Assembly (NCBI GenBank): GCA_048882505.1
Contig: JBHLRO010000003.1
Span: 82,265-146,264, forward strand
Length of the DNA: 64,000 bases
Source of the DNA: Candidatus Thorarchaeota archaeon
Lineage (GTDB): Archaea > Asgardarchaeota > Heimdallarchaeia > Hodarchaeales > Hodarchaeaceae
Direction of reading: 5' to 3'
Shown here: positions 27,796 through 37,543 of the stretch, in pieces
Numbering within the stretch: position 1 is the first letter of the stretch
How the letters are laid out: the number at the start of each line of letters is the position of its first letter
The notes under the pieces: model-generated
Database searches by the model: none
Told to the model about the DNA's origin: nothing
What the model saw: the letters and a program-made list of their open reading frames with translations, nothing else
Translations under genes and position numbers: made by a program

Positions 27796-29015
27796 GATTC
27801 GTATTGGCTTAAAATTCGCTTTGCAACCGAAAATTTGTGCACCTCGTCGGGGCCATCATAAATACGAGCACCCCTTTCGAGGGCATACCAAAGCCCAAGG
27901 GGAGTCTGATTGGTCATCCCCAGTGCCCCATGGACTTGAATTGCCCGATCCAAGACCCTTTGAAGAGTATTGGCCACAAAGAACTTGATCAGCGAAATAT
28001 CAATACGGGCTGCGTAAACGCCTTCAGCATCAATCTTATGGGCCGTATCCAGAACCAATAAACGAGCAGCGTTTATTTCTGCCCTGCTTTCTGCAATCCA
28101 ATTACGGATAGTCTGCTGGATAGCCAAAGTTCGTCCTGGCGCAACTTCCCTGTCAACTGCTCTACGACACATCAGGTCAAAAGCCCTTTCACATATGCCA
28201 AGCCATCGCATACAATGATGGATACGTCCTGGGCCCAAGCGTTGTTGGGCTATTACGAAACCCATTCCTTCATCACCCAGTCGATATTTTTGTGGAACCC
28301 TACAATTATCGTATTTTATCTCTCCGTGACTGGCCCAAGCTTCTCCAACATGACCCATTACGGGAATGTTTCTAACCAAGTTGAATCCTGGCGTATCTGT
28401 TGGAACAATGATTTGGCTTGCCTTAAAATGACGTTTTTCCTGTTCAGGGTTTGTAACCGCCATTACAATTGCAAAAGCTGCCCCGTCGGCTGATGAAGTA
28501 AACCATTTGTGACCATTGATGACATAATCTTCCCCGTCTTTTTCAGCAGTTGTCTCGATCCAGGTAGGATTTGACCCTGGGCAATCTGGTTCTACAATTG
28601 AAAAACAGCTTCTAATATTTCCGCTTAATAATGGCATTAGGTACTTCTCTTTCTGCTCATCAGTACCGTATTCAATAAGGATTTCCATATTGCCTGCATC
28701 AGGCGCCTGACAGTTGAATAAATAATGGCCCCAGGGTGATCTTCCTAATTCCTCGCTTAAAATCCCGTGTTCAAGTAATGTCAGACCCAATCCGCCATAC
28801 TTTTTTGGGATTTGAGGTAGCCATAAACCCAGGCCTTTAACCTCTTTTCTCAGGTTGTTAAGAGTCGGAAGCATTTCCCGAAACGATTTTCCTGCAAATT
28901 GGGCTTCTAACGGTATAGCTTTCTTTGTTATAAATTCACCTACTTCCTCCAAAATTGATTGGAATTTCTGTGACATCGTTAGATTAAGTATACTCGTGAT
29001 CATGTTCAGAATCAC
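27792..29015 (-). CDS. Acyl-CoA dehydrogenase (ACAD10/11-like)
   Basis: The 407-aa protein has ACAD N-terminal, middle (CFSIVEPDCPGSNP...YVINGHKWFTS) and C-terminal helical domains. It is translationally coupled to the APH-like gene. Confidence 0.85.
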   Translation of the reverse strand: MILNMITSILNLTMSQKFQSILEEVGEFITKKAIPLEAQFAGKSFREMLPTLNNLRKEVKGLGLWLPQIPKKYGGLGLTLLEHGILSEELGRSPWGHYLFNCQAPDAGNMEILIEYGTDEQKEKYLMPLLSGNIRSCFSIVEPDCPGSNPTWIETTAEKDGEDYVINGHKWFTSSADGAAFAIVMAVTNPEQEKRHFKASQIIVPTDTPGFNLVRNIPVMGHVGEAWASHGEIKYDNCRVPQKYRLGDEGMGFVIAQQRLGPGRIHHCMRWLGICERAFDLMCRRAVDREVAPGRTLAIQQTIRNWIAESRAEINAARLLVLDTAHKIDAEGVYAARIDISLIKFFVANTLQRVLDRAIQVHGALGMTNQTPLGLWYALERGARIYDGPDEVHKFSVAKRILSQYES

Positions 29016-29324
29016 CTGGATTATAGGAGAAGAAGGAGGATTATGAACCTTATGCTAGTTCCGTTAGATCAGAATGGCCATTTATTTCACCTAGCAAAAC
29101 GATAGCACCCTTATTTATCAACTCAGATTTCCTGCTGAACCTGTTTTATGACAATAGGCGAAGGGGATTTCAATTTCTTAAAATTTAATTGGAGGATAAT
29201 AGTAGCATGGAACCAGGCAGATAGCTTCATAATTTCGCCCATTACTGGCTTTGGTCGGGTTTTCCTAAAATGCCCGATCGGTCTGGATAAAAAGCGAATC
29301 ATTATTGTAGGATCAGGTGGTTAC

Positions 29325-29669
29325 ATGTCGAAAATTGACGCGTTCAATCGATACCGAGACAAAATGAACGAGATCATACTGGAAAAATCAAATCTTGAGA
29401 TCAAGCGGTTCTTCAATCTAGATACTCGTACTTATTATGATGGTGCTCTCTCAGCCAAGACAAAGGAACTTCTTGGCCTTGTTGCGTCCATGGTTCTGCG
29501 TTGCAATGACTGTATTACGTACCATATACTCCAATGCCGACAGCTTGGTACAACAGAAGCCGAATTTTATGAAGCATTCACAGTTGCTCTTGTTGTGGGC
29601 GGATCCATCGTTATTCCCCATCTGAGAAAGGCGGTGGAGATGTTGGAAGAGGCACTAGAGACATCCTAA
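29325..29669 (+). CDS. Carboxymuconolactone decarboxylase / AhpD-like family protein
   Basis: The CMD/AhpD-like motif is CNDCITYHILQCRQLGTTEAEFYEAFTVALVVGGS. The start is set at the internal ATG at 29325. The tracked ORF begins at 29148, but its first 59 codons look non-coding. Confidence 0.6.
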   Translation: MSKIDAFNRYRDKMNEIILEKSNLEIKRFFNLDTRTYYDGALSAKTKELLGLVASMVLRCNDCITYHILQCRQLGTTEAEFYEAFTVALVVGGSIVIPHLRKAVEMLEEALETS

Positions 29670-29695
29670 GGCGAACACTCGTCCATTCCCAATTT

Positions 29696-30586
29696 TTACA
29701 GTTTTATCGTCTCTGAACTTCCGGTTTCTGCTATCGACTTATTTCCTTCAACCCTGAAAAACAGTCTATTACGTGTACCAAATGACACCTTTTTCTTTAT
29801 ATAATTGTAATCATTGGTTTTAAGGCGATCCTCCACCTCAATAAAGATCTTAGTATTTAAAAGTTGAAAATAAATGTCAGGAAAGGCGGTGTACGATGAT
29901 CCCTCTTCCAGAAGTTTTATCAAGAATTCGAATCCTTTTTTTCCGCCCACCAATTCTGTTTTTTGACCTCTAAACCCTTTTATACTTTGTAGTTTGTTCT
30001 GATAGTACTGTTCATCATACTGAGGGGGATTACAGACTACAGCATCGAATTGTGAGATTGATTTGAACACATTGATCAAGATTTGATTTGGGTTTTCCAC
30101 ATACCGAAGGGAAATTCGGTTTTGCAAGGAATTGCAGACAATGTTCTCTCTCGCTGATAAATATGCGGTCTTACTACATTCTGTCCCCACCACCTTACAT
30201 CCCATAGCGGCAAACATTAATGCCAATATCGCTGATGCTCCTGTTCCTACTTCCAACACTTTTTTGGCATGGTATTGAAGAATCCATTCCACAAATGCCC
30301 AACGATTGCAGACTGTGGGGACCAAAAACTCTTTTGGAAGAGTGAATTCTAGATTCAAAAAGTCCCTGAATATTGCCTGATTGTATAATAACAAAGTTTC
30401 TGGATCTCCCAGGTCAATATGGCCACTCTTACTTAATGTTTTTTTCTTTAATTCTGGCAAAATGTTTAGGAAATCCTTGATTTGAAGTCCACATCGTTTT
30501 TGCGGAATTGGATAGGAGGCCATGGCATTCACTTCAATAAGCGGATTTGTCAATATCAGCGGTAGAGAATATGGTTTATGCTGCAA
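29696..30586 (-). CDS. RlmF/METTL16-family (Methyltransf_10) RNA N6-adenine methyltransferase-like
   Basis: The N-terminal HIDLGDPETLLLYNQAIFRDFLNLEFTLPKEFLVPTVCNR matches the RlmF/METTL16 N-terminus. Motif I is VLEVGTGASAIL, and motif IV is VVCNPPQY (an NPPF/Y-type). Confidence 0.6.
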   Translation of the reverse strand: MQHKPYSLPLILTNPLIEVNAMASYPIPQKRCGLQIKDFLNILPELKKKTLSKSGHIDLGDPETLLLYNQAIFRDFLNLEFTLPKEFLVPTVCNRWAFVEWILQYHAKKVLEVGTGASAILALMFAAMGCKVVGTECSKTAYLSARENIVCNSLQNRISLRYVENPNQILINVFKSISQFDAVVCNPPQYDEQYYQNKLQSIKGFRGQKTELVGGKKGFEFLIKLLEEGSSYTAFPDIYFQLLNTKIFIEVEDRLKTNDYNYIKKKVSFGTRNRLFFRVEGNKSIAETGSSETIKL

Positions 30587-30844
30587 ATCTTTTATAATTT
30601 TGGAGAAGTTGAGAGCAAATAAGTATTCATTGTGGGGGAGATTCCATAACCTATGGAATCAAACGCCTAGGGGTTGCCATTACGGGTTAAAATCTTGTTT
30701 AATCACGCCCCTTCAAAATAATCATTGAGTCACATAAAGGTTTTCATTGACTCATCCAAGATTGTTATGGGATTACTCTCAGAATTATTAATTAGGCAAT
30801 GTTTGGTGAATAAACTCGCTGTTTTCGATCTTATCAAGTAAAAA

Positions 30845-30862
30845 AGATATTTATATTTATTG
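30845..30862 (+). promoter_or_regulatory. Candidate TATA-like element in the long intergenic region upstream of the TPR/CN-hydrolase paralog B
   Basis: GATATTTATATTTATTGG lies about 140 nt upstream of the ORF start at 31001. The true start may be downstream of that. Confidence 0.15.
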
Positions 30863-31000
30863 GCAGTAGTCTCCCAACAATAAAAAACAGGGAATTAGCT
30901 AAATTCGAAAAAATCATATCAACTCTAATGTATTTGGTGTTTATCCTTCTCGATATATCGACCATTACAAAGAAGTAAGGTATAGCAGGTATGAAGAACC

Positions 31001-34000
31001 TTGATGGAGAAAGCAAGGGGTGAGGAGAAGAACCTCAATTGGATTAAAGCCGCCATTCTTTATGGCCAAGCGAAAGAAGAGTATTTGAAGGATGAAGAGG
31101 TGGAATTAGCAGCTAACGCCTGTTACAGACAAGGATATACTTATACCAGATGTGCGGAAACGGCAGGAGGGGCCAATGAATTTGAAGAACATTTTCAGTC
31201 TTCTATTGAATCATATAATGAAGCTGCAGATCTTTTTTCTTGGATAGATGCTTTGCCAGAAAAATGGGCATGCTTGGCAGAATCTGCGTTTTCTGCTGCT
31301 TTTATTAGTAAATCAATTCCTGAAATGCTAGAAGCATTTGAGAATGCCTACGAACTTTTCTTAGAGGCAAATAAAGGGTATTCAATAAGGAACGATACCA
31401 AACACTATATTCGGACTTATGTTCGTGCTGCAATGACGCTCTCAAATCTTATCCCTTACAGAAACAACCCAGATGAAATTAATCGTGTACGTCAAGAAGG
31501 TAGAGAGATAATCGACAAAATTTGGAACATTGCAATAGAACAGAGAGATGCCTTTTCACTTTCACAATCTCTCTTTGCTGACCATCTTTTGAAGTATTAT
31601 GAGTGGTTTATAGGATTATCAAAAAAGGACCATTATTGGAAAAGAAGCGAGGAAGAAACTATCAACAAACTTGAAGAAGCGATTCCAATCATTGAGGCGA
31701 ATGATAATCCTACGTACCTTGAAATGAGCTATCACGTCGCAGGTTTGACTAACAATACATATGGATTTCAGTTTGTAGAAAACGATAAAGAACAGAACAA
31801 ATTTGCGGAACTAGGGTTCAGTTATTTTAGGAGGGCCGAATCACTGAATAAAAAAACCAAGAATAAATTGCTTAATACCTTAACAACAGCCTGGACCGAT
31901 TGGTGGGCATTATTCTGGGGTAGAGTCGAGTATCTACAAAATCGAATTCAGGACGATCTCGCAGCTTTAGAAAACAATGCAAAAATAATGTATCAGTCCT
32001 TTACTAACTTCAATTTTTATGCAAATTTCTTACCTACGTTTGCTTATGCGAATTTTGCTCAGAGGAGCTTTTTTTCTAGTTCTCAAAGACGTCAGTTTGC
32101 GGAAATGGCAAATAAATATGCCTTAGAATGTTTACGGATAATTCCCTCTTCCCCAATATCTTTATGGCCCCTACAAATGCAAACGTGGGCATATTCCCAG
32201 TTGACTATATTGGCTTCAGATGCACCAGAGCGGCAAATGAATGCCCGAATTATGCTTCAGTACGCGGAACGTGGGGAAAATTTCGCGAAAAACTATGAAG
32301 GAGGATTTGCCAGAGCCTCGGCTTTCTCTTCTCTTTATCGGTGTTACAAAACTTTGGCAGAAATTTCTAAAGATGAGGAATATCGAATTGAATACCTCAC
32401 TAAGGCAATAGATGCAATGGAGAAATATGCGGATTACGCTCTTGAATCACGGGTGGGAGTTATTAATGCACAATTTCGAATAGGACTTTTATATGGGGAA
32501 CTGTATGAAATAACAGGTCAATCAAACCTTTTAAAGAAGTTAAGGGACCTATTTCAAAGCATATTAAATGACTGTAACGAGAGGGGATATTTTTCTTACT
32601 CAGCTGCCGCTTCAGAGAACTTAGCTCATATAGAGGATAAACTGGGTAATTTCAATCTTTCTACGGATTATTATGTTCGAGCCAGAGAAAAACATACCCA
32701 ATCTTTAGAAAAAATTGAATATAGACCATTAAGGGAAAAAATCGTCGAGAAAATCAACTATACTAATGCATGGGCATTAATTGAGAGTGCTAAAACGCAT
32801 CATAAAAGAGAAGATCAACAAAAAGCGGAAGCGGAATATTTAACGGCCTCTAAAATTCTCATAAATCTGCCTGACCATTCCTATGAAGCACCATACTTCG
32901 AAGCTCTAGCTTTGCAAGAAAAAGCCGAATATCTAAGTTCGAAAGAAAACTATCAGAATTCTCAATCAGAGTTTCTAAAAGGTCAAATGGCTTTTACAAA
33001 TGCGTTGAATGCTTTTAATCAAGCTATAAAGGATATTGACAACAACAAAGAGCGAGATCGCATTAACAAGATGATTTCCCTTACCAATCTTGGGATTAGT
33101 TACTGTTCTGCCCGTTCCTCTATTGATAATGCCCAAATTCTCTGGAAAAAAGGAGATCTTATCCCAGCTGCAGAGCAAATGAAATCAGCGGCTTCCCTGT
33201 TCAAGGAAACGCCAATAAGCTCTGAAACTAGGAGAGAACAACGGAAATTTAATGCCTTTAATTATTTATGTCAGGCATGGGAGAATATGATAACTGCAGA
33301 GAAGTACGCGGATTCTGAAAAGTACCAAAGTGCCTCAGGATTATTTAAAAGCGCTAACGACCTGCTACTAGACAGTAGGATAAAATTCTTGGCTTCAGGC
33401 AATGCATTTTTTTGTCAAAGTTTAGCAAATGGATGTAAATTTGACGAATCAAATGATCTCAAGATTAAAGAAGAATTGTTCATTGAAATCAAGTCCCTCC
33501 TAAGAAACGCCGCCATACTATATCAAAAAGGAGATTTCATTACCGCTTCAGGTTGGGTTTTAGCTACGTCCACTTACTTCGATGCCACCTGGCACCTAAT
33601 TAAGGCAGATAAAGAAATCGAATTGGATAAGAAACAAACTCTATTGAGGATAGGATCGAGCTACCTAAAGTCTGCAGCTGGACTTTTCAGAAAACACGGT
33701 TTCGTTGAAAAAGAGAATGAAGTTCAGACTCGTATCTCTATGGTTGAAAAAGAAGAGCAAATCTTGGTTACCGCGATTAACACTATCAAAGAACCTTCAA
33801 TCTCTAGAAGCACAAAAAGCATGAGTTCTTCAACCAATCTTGGAGTTTCAAGCTTGCCGTCAGGGATGAGCGAAATCCGAAAGTTTACAGAAGAAGCGAG
33901 AAGGGTTTCAATCCTAAGAGAATACCAATTAATCTATGAAGACAATCTTCCAGATTTCCCAAGGAGTCAGAAACGGCATTTTAAAGTAGGCATTGCCCAA

Positions 34001-34792
34001 ATTGGGATTTCAAATAGTGGAGATTTCCTGAATGAATTCTATGACAGAAAAAATAACGGATTAATTAGACTAAAACAAAATAAAATTGAATTCATGAGAT
34101 CTAAAGTAAATGATATGATTACAAGGGCACACGCGAACGAAGTCGATATTCTCATCTTCCCTGAACTCTCTATTGATCTAAATTATGAAATTCTCTATAA
34201 TGAAATTTTGAATCTTTCGAAATCGTACGGAATGTACATAATTCCTGGATCGTATCACGATGAAAGTACAAAATATAATCAGAGTGTAGTTATTGGTCCT
34301 GATGGTATCCTATGGAGACAAAATAAGCACATACCTGCCGTAATTCACCTAGATGGAAGAAAAGTGACCGAGGAGATCGATGTTGGTGGCCCAGTTCATA
34401 AGACATTGATCTTTAACACGGAGTACGGCCGTATTGCAATAGCAATCTGCAGAGATTTCTTAGATATGGATTTGAGGGTAGAACTCAAGAACTCGAAACC
34501 CCCTGTAGATCTAATAATTAATCCGGCATTCACTCCAGTAACGGAGGATTTCAAAGCTGCTCATTTTGATGCTCGAAGATCAATTTATGCATACTGTTTC
34601 TTTGCCAATGTTGCAGAGTTTGGAAATTCTCTTATATTTACCCCTGAAAAGGAACGAAAAGAAAGAATCATGCCACCTAAAAAAGAGGGAATTATTATCA
34701 AAGAAGTAGACTTATTTACACTTCGTTCAGAAAGAAAAAGATGGGAAAATGAACGAAGAAAGACAAAATCATTTATTCAAAGTACACGGTAA
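31001..34792 (+). CDS. Large cytoplasmic TPR/helical-repeat protein fused to a C-terminal carbon-nitrogen hydrolase (nitrilase-superfamily) domain (paralog B)
   Basis: About 970 aa of helical repeats precede the CN-hydrolase motifs: FKVGIAQIGIS, ILIFPEL, RQNKHIPA and AIAICRDF. The C-terminal ~290 aa (about 33930-34792) are near-identical in motif order to the 16108-18702 protein. Confidence 0.6.
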   Translation: MMEKARGEEKNLNWIKAAILYGQAKEEYLKDEEVELAANACYRQGYTYTRCAETAGGANEFEEHFQSSIESYNEAADLFSWIDALPEKWACLAESAFSAAFISKSIPEMLEAFENAYELFLEANKGYSIRNDTKHYIRTYVRAAMTLSNLIPYRNNPDEINRVRQEGREIIDKIWNIAIEQRDAFSLSQSLFADHLLKYYEWFIGLSKKDHYWKRSEEETINKLEEAIPIIEANDNPTYLEMSYHVAGLTNNTYGFQFVENDKEQNKFAELGFSYFRRAESLNKKTKNKLLNTLTTAWTDWWALFWGRVEYLQNRIQDDLAALENNAKIMYQSFTNFNFYANFLPTFAYANFAQRSFFSSSQRRQFAEMANKYALECLRIIPSSPISLWPLQMQTWAYSQLTILASDAPERQMNARIMLQYAERGENFAKNYEGGFARASAFSSLYRCYKTLAEISKDEEYRIEYLTKAIDAMEKYADYALESRVGVINAQFRIGLLYGELYEITGQSNLLKKLRDLFQSILNDCNERGYFSYSAAASENLAHIEDKLGNFNLSTDYYVRAREKHTQSLEKIEYRPLREKIVEKINYTNAWALIESAKTHHKREDQQKAEAEYLTASKILINLPDHSYEAPYFEALALQEKAEYLSSKENYQNSQSEFLKGQMAFTNALNAFNQAIKDIDNNKERDRINKMISLTNLGISYCSARSSIDNAQILWKKGDLIPAAEQMKSAASLFKETPISSETRREQRKFNAFNYLCQAWENMITAEKYADSEKYQSASGLFKSANDLLLDSRIKFLASGNAFFCQSLANGCKFDESNDLKIKEELFIEIKSLLRNAAILYQKGDFITASGWVLATSTYFDATWHLIKADKEIELDKKQTLLRIGSSYLKSAAGLFRKHGFVEKENEVQTRISMVEKEEQILVTAINTIKEPSISRSTKSMSSSTNLGVSSLPSGMSEIRKFTEEARRVSILREYQLIYEDNLPDFPRSQKRHFKVGIAQIGISNSGDFLNEFYDRKNNGLIRLKQNKIEFMRSKVNDMITRAHANEVDILIFPELSIDLNYEILYNEILNLSKSYGMYIIPGSYHDESTKYNQSVVIGPDGILWRQNKHIPAVIHLDGRKVTEEIDVGGPVHKTLIFNTEYGRIAIAICRDFLDMDLRVELKNSKPPVDLIINPAFTPVTEDFKAAHFDARRSIYAYCFFANVAEFGNSLIFTPEKERKERIMPPKKEGIIIKEVDLFTLRSERKRWENERRKTKSFIQSTR

Positions 34793-34831
34793 GCCCAGGT
34801 GTCGCTTGGAACAGACATAAGCTTAAACCTG

Positions 34832-35335
34832 CTATATCGAGGATTCTTTATACCAGTTATTCTCTATGCACACACCAAAGTCTTTCCCAGGATTAGCAAG
34901 TTCGAGTTTATCATTCAGGTGATTATCGCTTAATAACTTCAAAGTAATGCGCGCTCTAAAGCCATCTGGAAGATTTTCATTTTCCTGCGTTAGAAAAACC
35001 AGTTCTTTATTTGTAACAGACAAACCTTTAAGTGTATAATCTGTAAAATAACCCTCGCTATAAAAGACTCTCAATTTCCCAATTTTCTTGTTTGAATCGT
35101 AGCTATAGAATTCCCAGTCTTCATGGACTTCACCCTCAGGATTTTTCTCCTGAGGTTCAAAAACAACTTTATTCTTACCTTGGAAAAACCTTCCTTGAAT
35201 AATTGGTTTGAAATCCCTTACTCCTTTTCCTAACCCCGATTTTCCATCAGTCTCGCCTTTCCATCTCCCTTCTAACTTAGATAATACATTCCAATATGAT
35301 TCTTTGCTATACTCTTCCATTAGACATCTATCCAA
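34832..35335 (-). CDS. Hypothetical small soluble protein (possible lipocalin/THAP4-like beta-barrel)
   Basis: The 167-aa protein has a WKGET..G.G motif near the N-terminus. There are no TM segments. Confidence 0.35.
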   Translation of the reverse strand: MDRCLMEEYSKESYWNVLSKLEGRWKGETDGKSGLGKGVRDFKPIIQGRFFQGKNKVVFEPQEKNPEGEVHEDWEFYSYDSNKKIGKLRVFYSEGYFTDYTLKGLSVTNKELVFLTQENENLPDGFRARITLKLLSDNHLNDKLELANPGKDFGVCIENNWYKESSI

Positions 35336-35446
35336 GAATTTGATAAGACTTAATTATATACTACGGGCCTTTTCCCAACAATAAGAAGTTTGTCCATAGA
35401 CCCAACATTTTACATCTGAAAATCTATTCAAATCTTAAAAAAATTT

Positions 35447-36487
35447 ATGAGGTTCCCCCATATTATGAATCCTTTCGTTCCGACAGATCTGTTGGACATT
35501 CCTGCGATTGCGTTTTTCAAATACAGGAATAATGGGACAATTGATGACCCCATTGATGCCAAAACCGTAAAGCGTTATCTCGCGTTTTATAGGAAAAATC
35601 CAAGAAAACTCTTCGTTACAAAGGAAAGGATCAATGGCGATAAATTAGAGTGGATACCCACAAAACTTCAACGAGGATTTCAGCTTTCAAAGGCCATCGT
35701 TAAAACACCGTATCAGCCAATTGTGAAGGATATTCTGGCGCTACCCAAATTTCATCCCGTTAAGCAGCTCCGACTTCAGCGTTACAAAAAAAACATACGG
35801 GATGGTAAGAAAAACTGTATACTGTTTATTCATGGATATGCCGAAGGAACTTTCTTTTTTCACGAACAGAGTTATTTTTGGATTTTTAACCAGTTACTAG
35901 ATAGCGATATCTATGCGATGGAACTCCCCCACCATCATGCTAGACAACCCACAGACTCTCCGTTTTCAGGTGCCTATTTTTTGAATGGCAATCCGGTCCG
36001 AATGCTGGAAGCGTTCCGCCAATCGATTCAAGAAATATGTATATTCGCACGATATTTGAAAGAGCAATACGATAATGTCGCGATATTTGGGGTTTCCTTG
36101 GGAGGACACTTGACAGCTTTATCCTCACAGTTCATTGATTCAGTTCGGATAATTGCCGCGCTAGCTAGTCCCTTTCTATTTAGATTAAATCCAAAAATTG
36201 CCCCCGTTTCGAAATCTCTGGTTTCAAAACTTAAAACTGAGGGTTTATTAGGATGGTATAAAATCCTATACGCTTGTAATATGAAATACTTTTATCCTTT
36301 CACCACAAATCAAAAAACTGCGATAATAGGCGGCCGCTATGACAGAATCGTACCTTTTCCTCGCGTACAGAGCCTGGCCAACATGCTTCAAAAGCCCCTT
36401 TTTGCTTATCCTGGAGGCCACATTTCTCTAGTTTTTTGGGTATGGCCTCTCCTTCGCAAGATCGACCATTTTTTCGACTCAGGGTAG
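35447..36487 (+). CDS. Alpha/beta hydrolase family protein
   Basis: The GxSxG nucleophile elbow is IFGVSLGGHL and the upstream oxyanion region is ILFIHGYAEG. Confidence 0.6.
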   Translation: MRFPHIMNPFVPTDLLDIPAIAFFKYRNNGTIDDPIDAKTVKRYLAFYRKNPRKLFVTKERINGDKLEWIPTKLQRGFQLSKAIVKTPYQPIVKDILALPKFHPVKQLRLQRYKKNIRDGKKNCILFIHGYAEGTFFFHEQSYFWIFNQLLDSDIYAMELPHHHARQPTDSPFSGAYFLNGNPVRMLEAFRQSIQEICIFARYLKEQYDNVAIFGVSLGGHLTALSSQFIDSVRIIAALASPFLFRLNPKIAPVSKSLVSKLKTEGLLGWYKILYACNMKYFYPFTTNQKTAIIGGRYDRIVPFPRVQSLANMLQKPLFAYPGGHISLVFWVWPLLRKIDHFFDSG

Positions 36488-36709
36488 ATTGGCCTTACTA
36501 ATAAGATTCCATTTTTTCTCCTTTTTTCCAAAGTGTTCCTGCCTGTTTTCATATCAGAAGAACACTCCCATATGCCTTATGCGTGGATTCTTCTTCCTCT
36601 AGATCCTACAAAGCTAATTGAACCAAACTATGGCCAATATCCTTTTAAAAACAGGTCCTAAAAGTGCTTCCTGTCCAATGAGTATCCCCATAATGGGATT
36701 AGCGAGAAA

Positions 36710-37543
36710 ATGGAATTCATAAAAGGGAAAAACAAAGACGGATTTATCCGTGAGAATACAATCGAATTTGCTTTTTCGGATCGTCTCTCCGCATTTGATC
36801 GGATTGTTGGAGAGACACTGGGAAGGGGTCAGGTTCTCGCCGAGTGTACACGAGTAATCTTCAAATATTTATCCCGGAATAATGTCGCCACAGCTTTATT
36901 GGACGAGGGTCAGAAAAACGTCATCATCCAACGCAAATGCAAACCTTTGGATTTTGAGTTTATTTTAAGAAACCTCCTAACGGGATCAGCATTAAAGAGG
37001 GCTAAAATGGGGGTATTAAAGCTACCTGCAGGAATGGATACGTCAGAATATGCTCTTTTCCCTGAAACATTTGTTGAAGTTAGTACCAAGAGGGAAACTA
37101 AGGACCGTTACGGGTTATCTGAAGAAGAAATTCAAACCATCATGGTGAATTCCTTTTCCAATTTATCTGGGGAAGAAGGACTTTATTTATTCAAACAAGC
37201 ATTAGAAAGGGCAAAAGAGATCGCCCAGTTGCTTACAAATCTATTCCGGAAGTCCGAGTTATTTCTAATTGATGGAAAAGTTGAATTTGGGGTGTCAGAT
37301 TCAGGCCAATTATGTTTAATCGACAGTTTCGGACCCGATGAATTTAGAGTTGCGGAATTGACCTGGGCAAATGGGCCTCGAGATACGGATCCTGATTTCT
37401 TGGACAAAGAATTTATCAGGAAATATCTCGAAGGAAAAACTGAATCTGAATATGCAGAAATTTTACTGAAATACGGTCCTACTCTTGTTTCACGGTATAG
37501 TACAGTCACCAATCGATTGAAGGAAGCAAGTGGGTTATATTGA
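36710..37543 (+). CDS. purC: Phosphoribosylaminoimidazole-succinocarboxamide (SAICAR) synthase
   Basis: The N-terminal EGKxK-like block and FSDRLSAFDRIVGETLGRGQVL resemble the PurC substrate-binding motif. It is the first gene of the contiguous pur operon, and its stop overlaps the folD start (ATGA). Confidence 0.65.
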   Translation: MEFIKGKNKDGFIRENTIEFAFSDRLSAFDRIVGETLGRGQVLAECTRVIFKYLSRNNVATALLDEGQKNVIIQRKCKPLDFEFILRNLLTGSALKRAKMGVLKLPAGMDTSEYALFPETFVEVSTKRETKDRYGLSEEEIQTIMVNSFSNLSGEEGLYLFKQALERAKEIAQLLTNLFRKSELFLIDGKVEFGVSDSGQLCLIDSFGPDEFRVAELTWANGPRDTDPDFLDKEFIRKYLEGKTESEYAEILLKYGPTLVSRYSTVTNRLKEASGLY

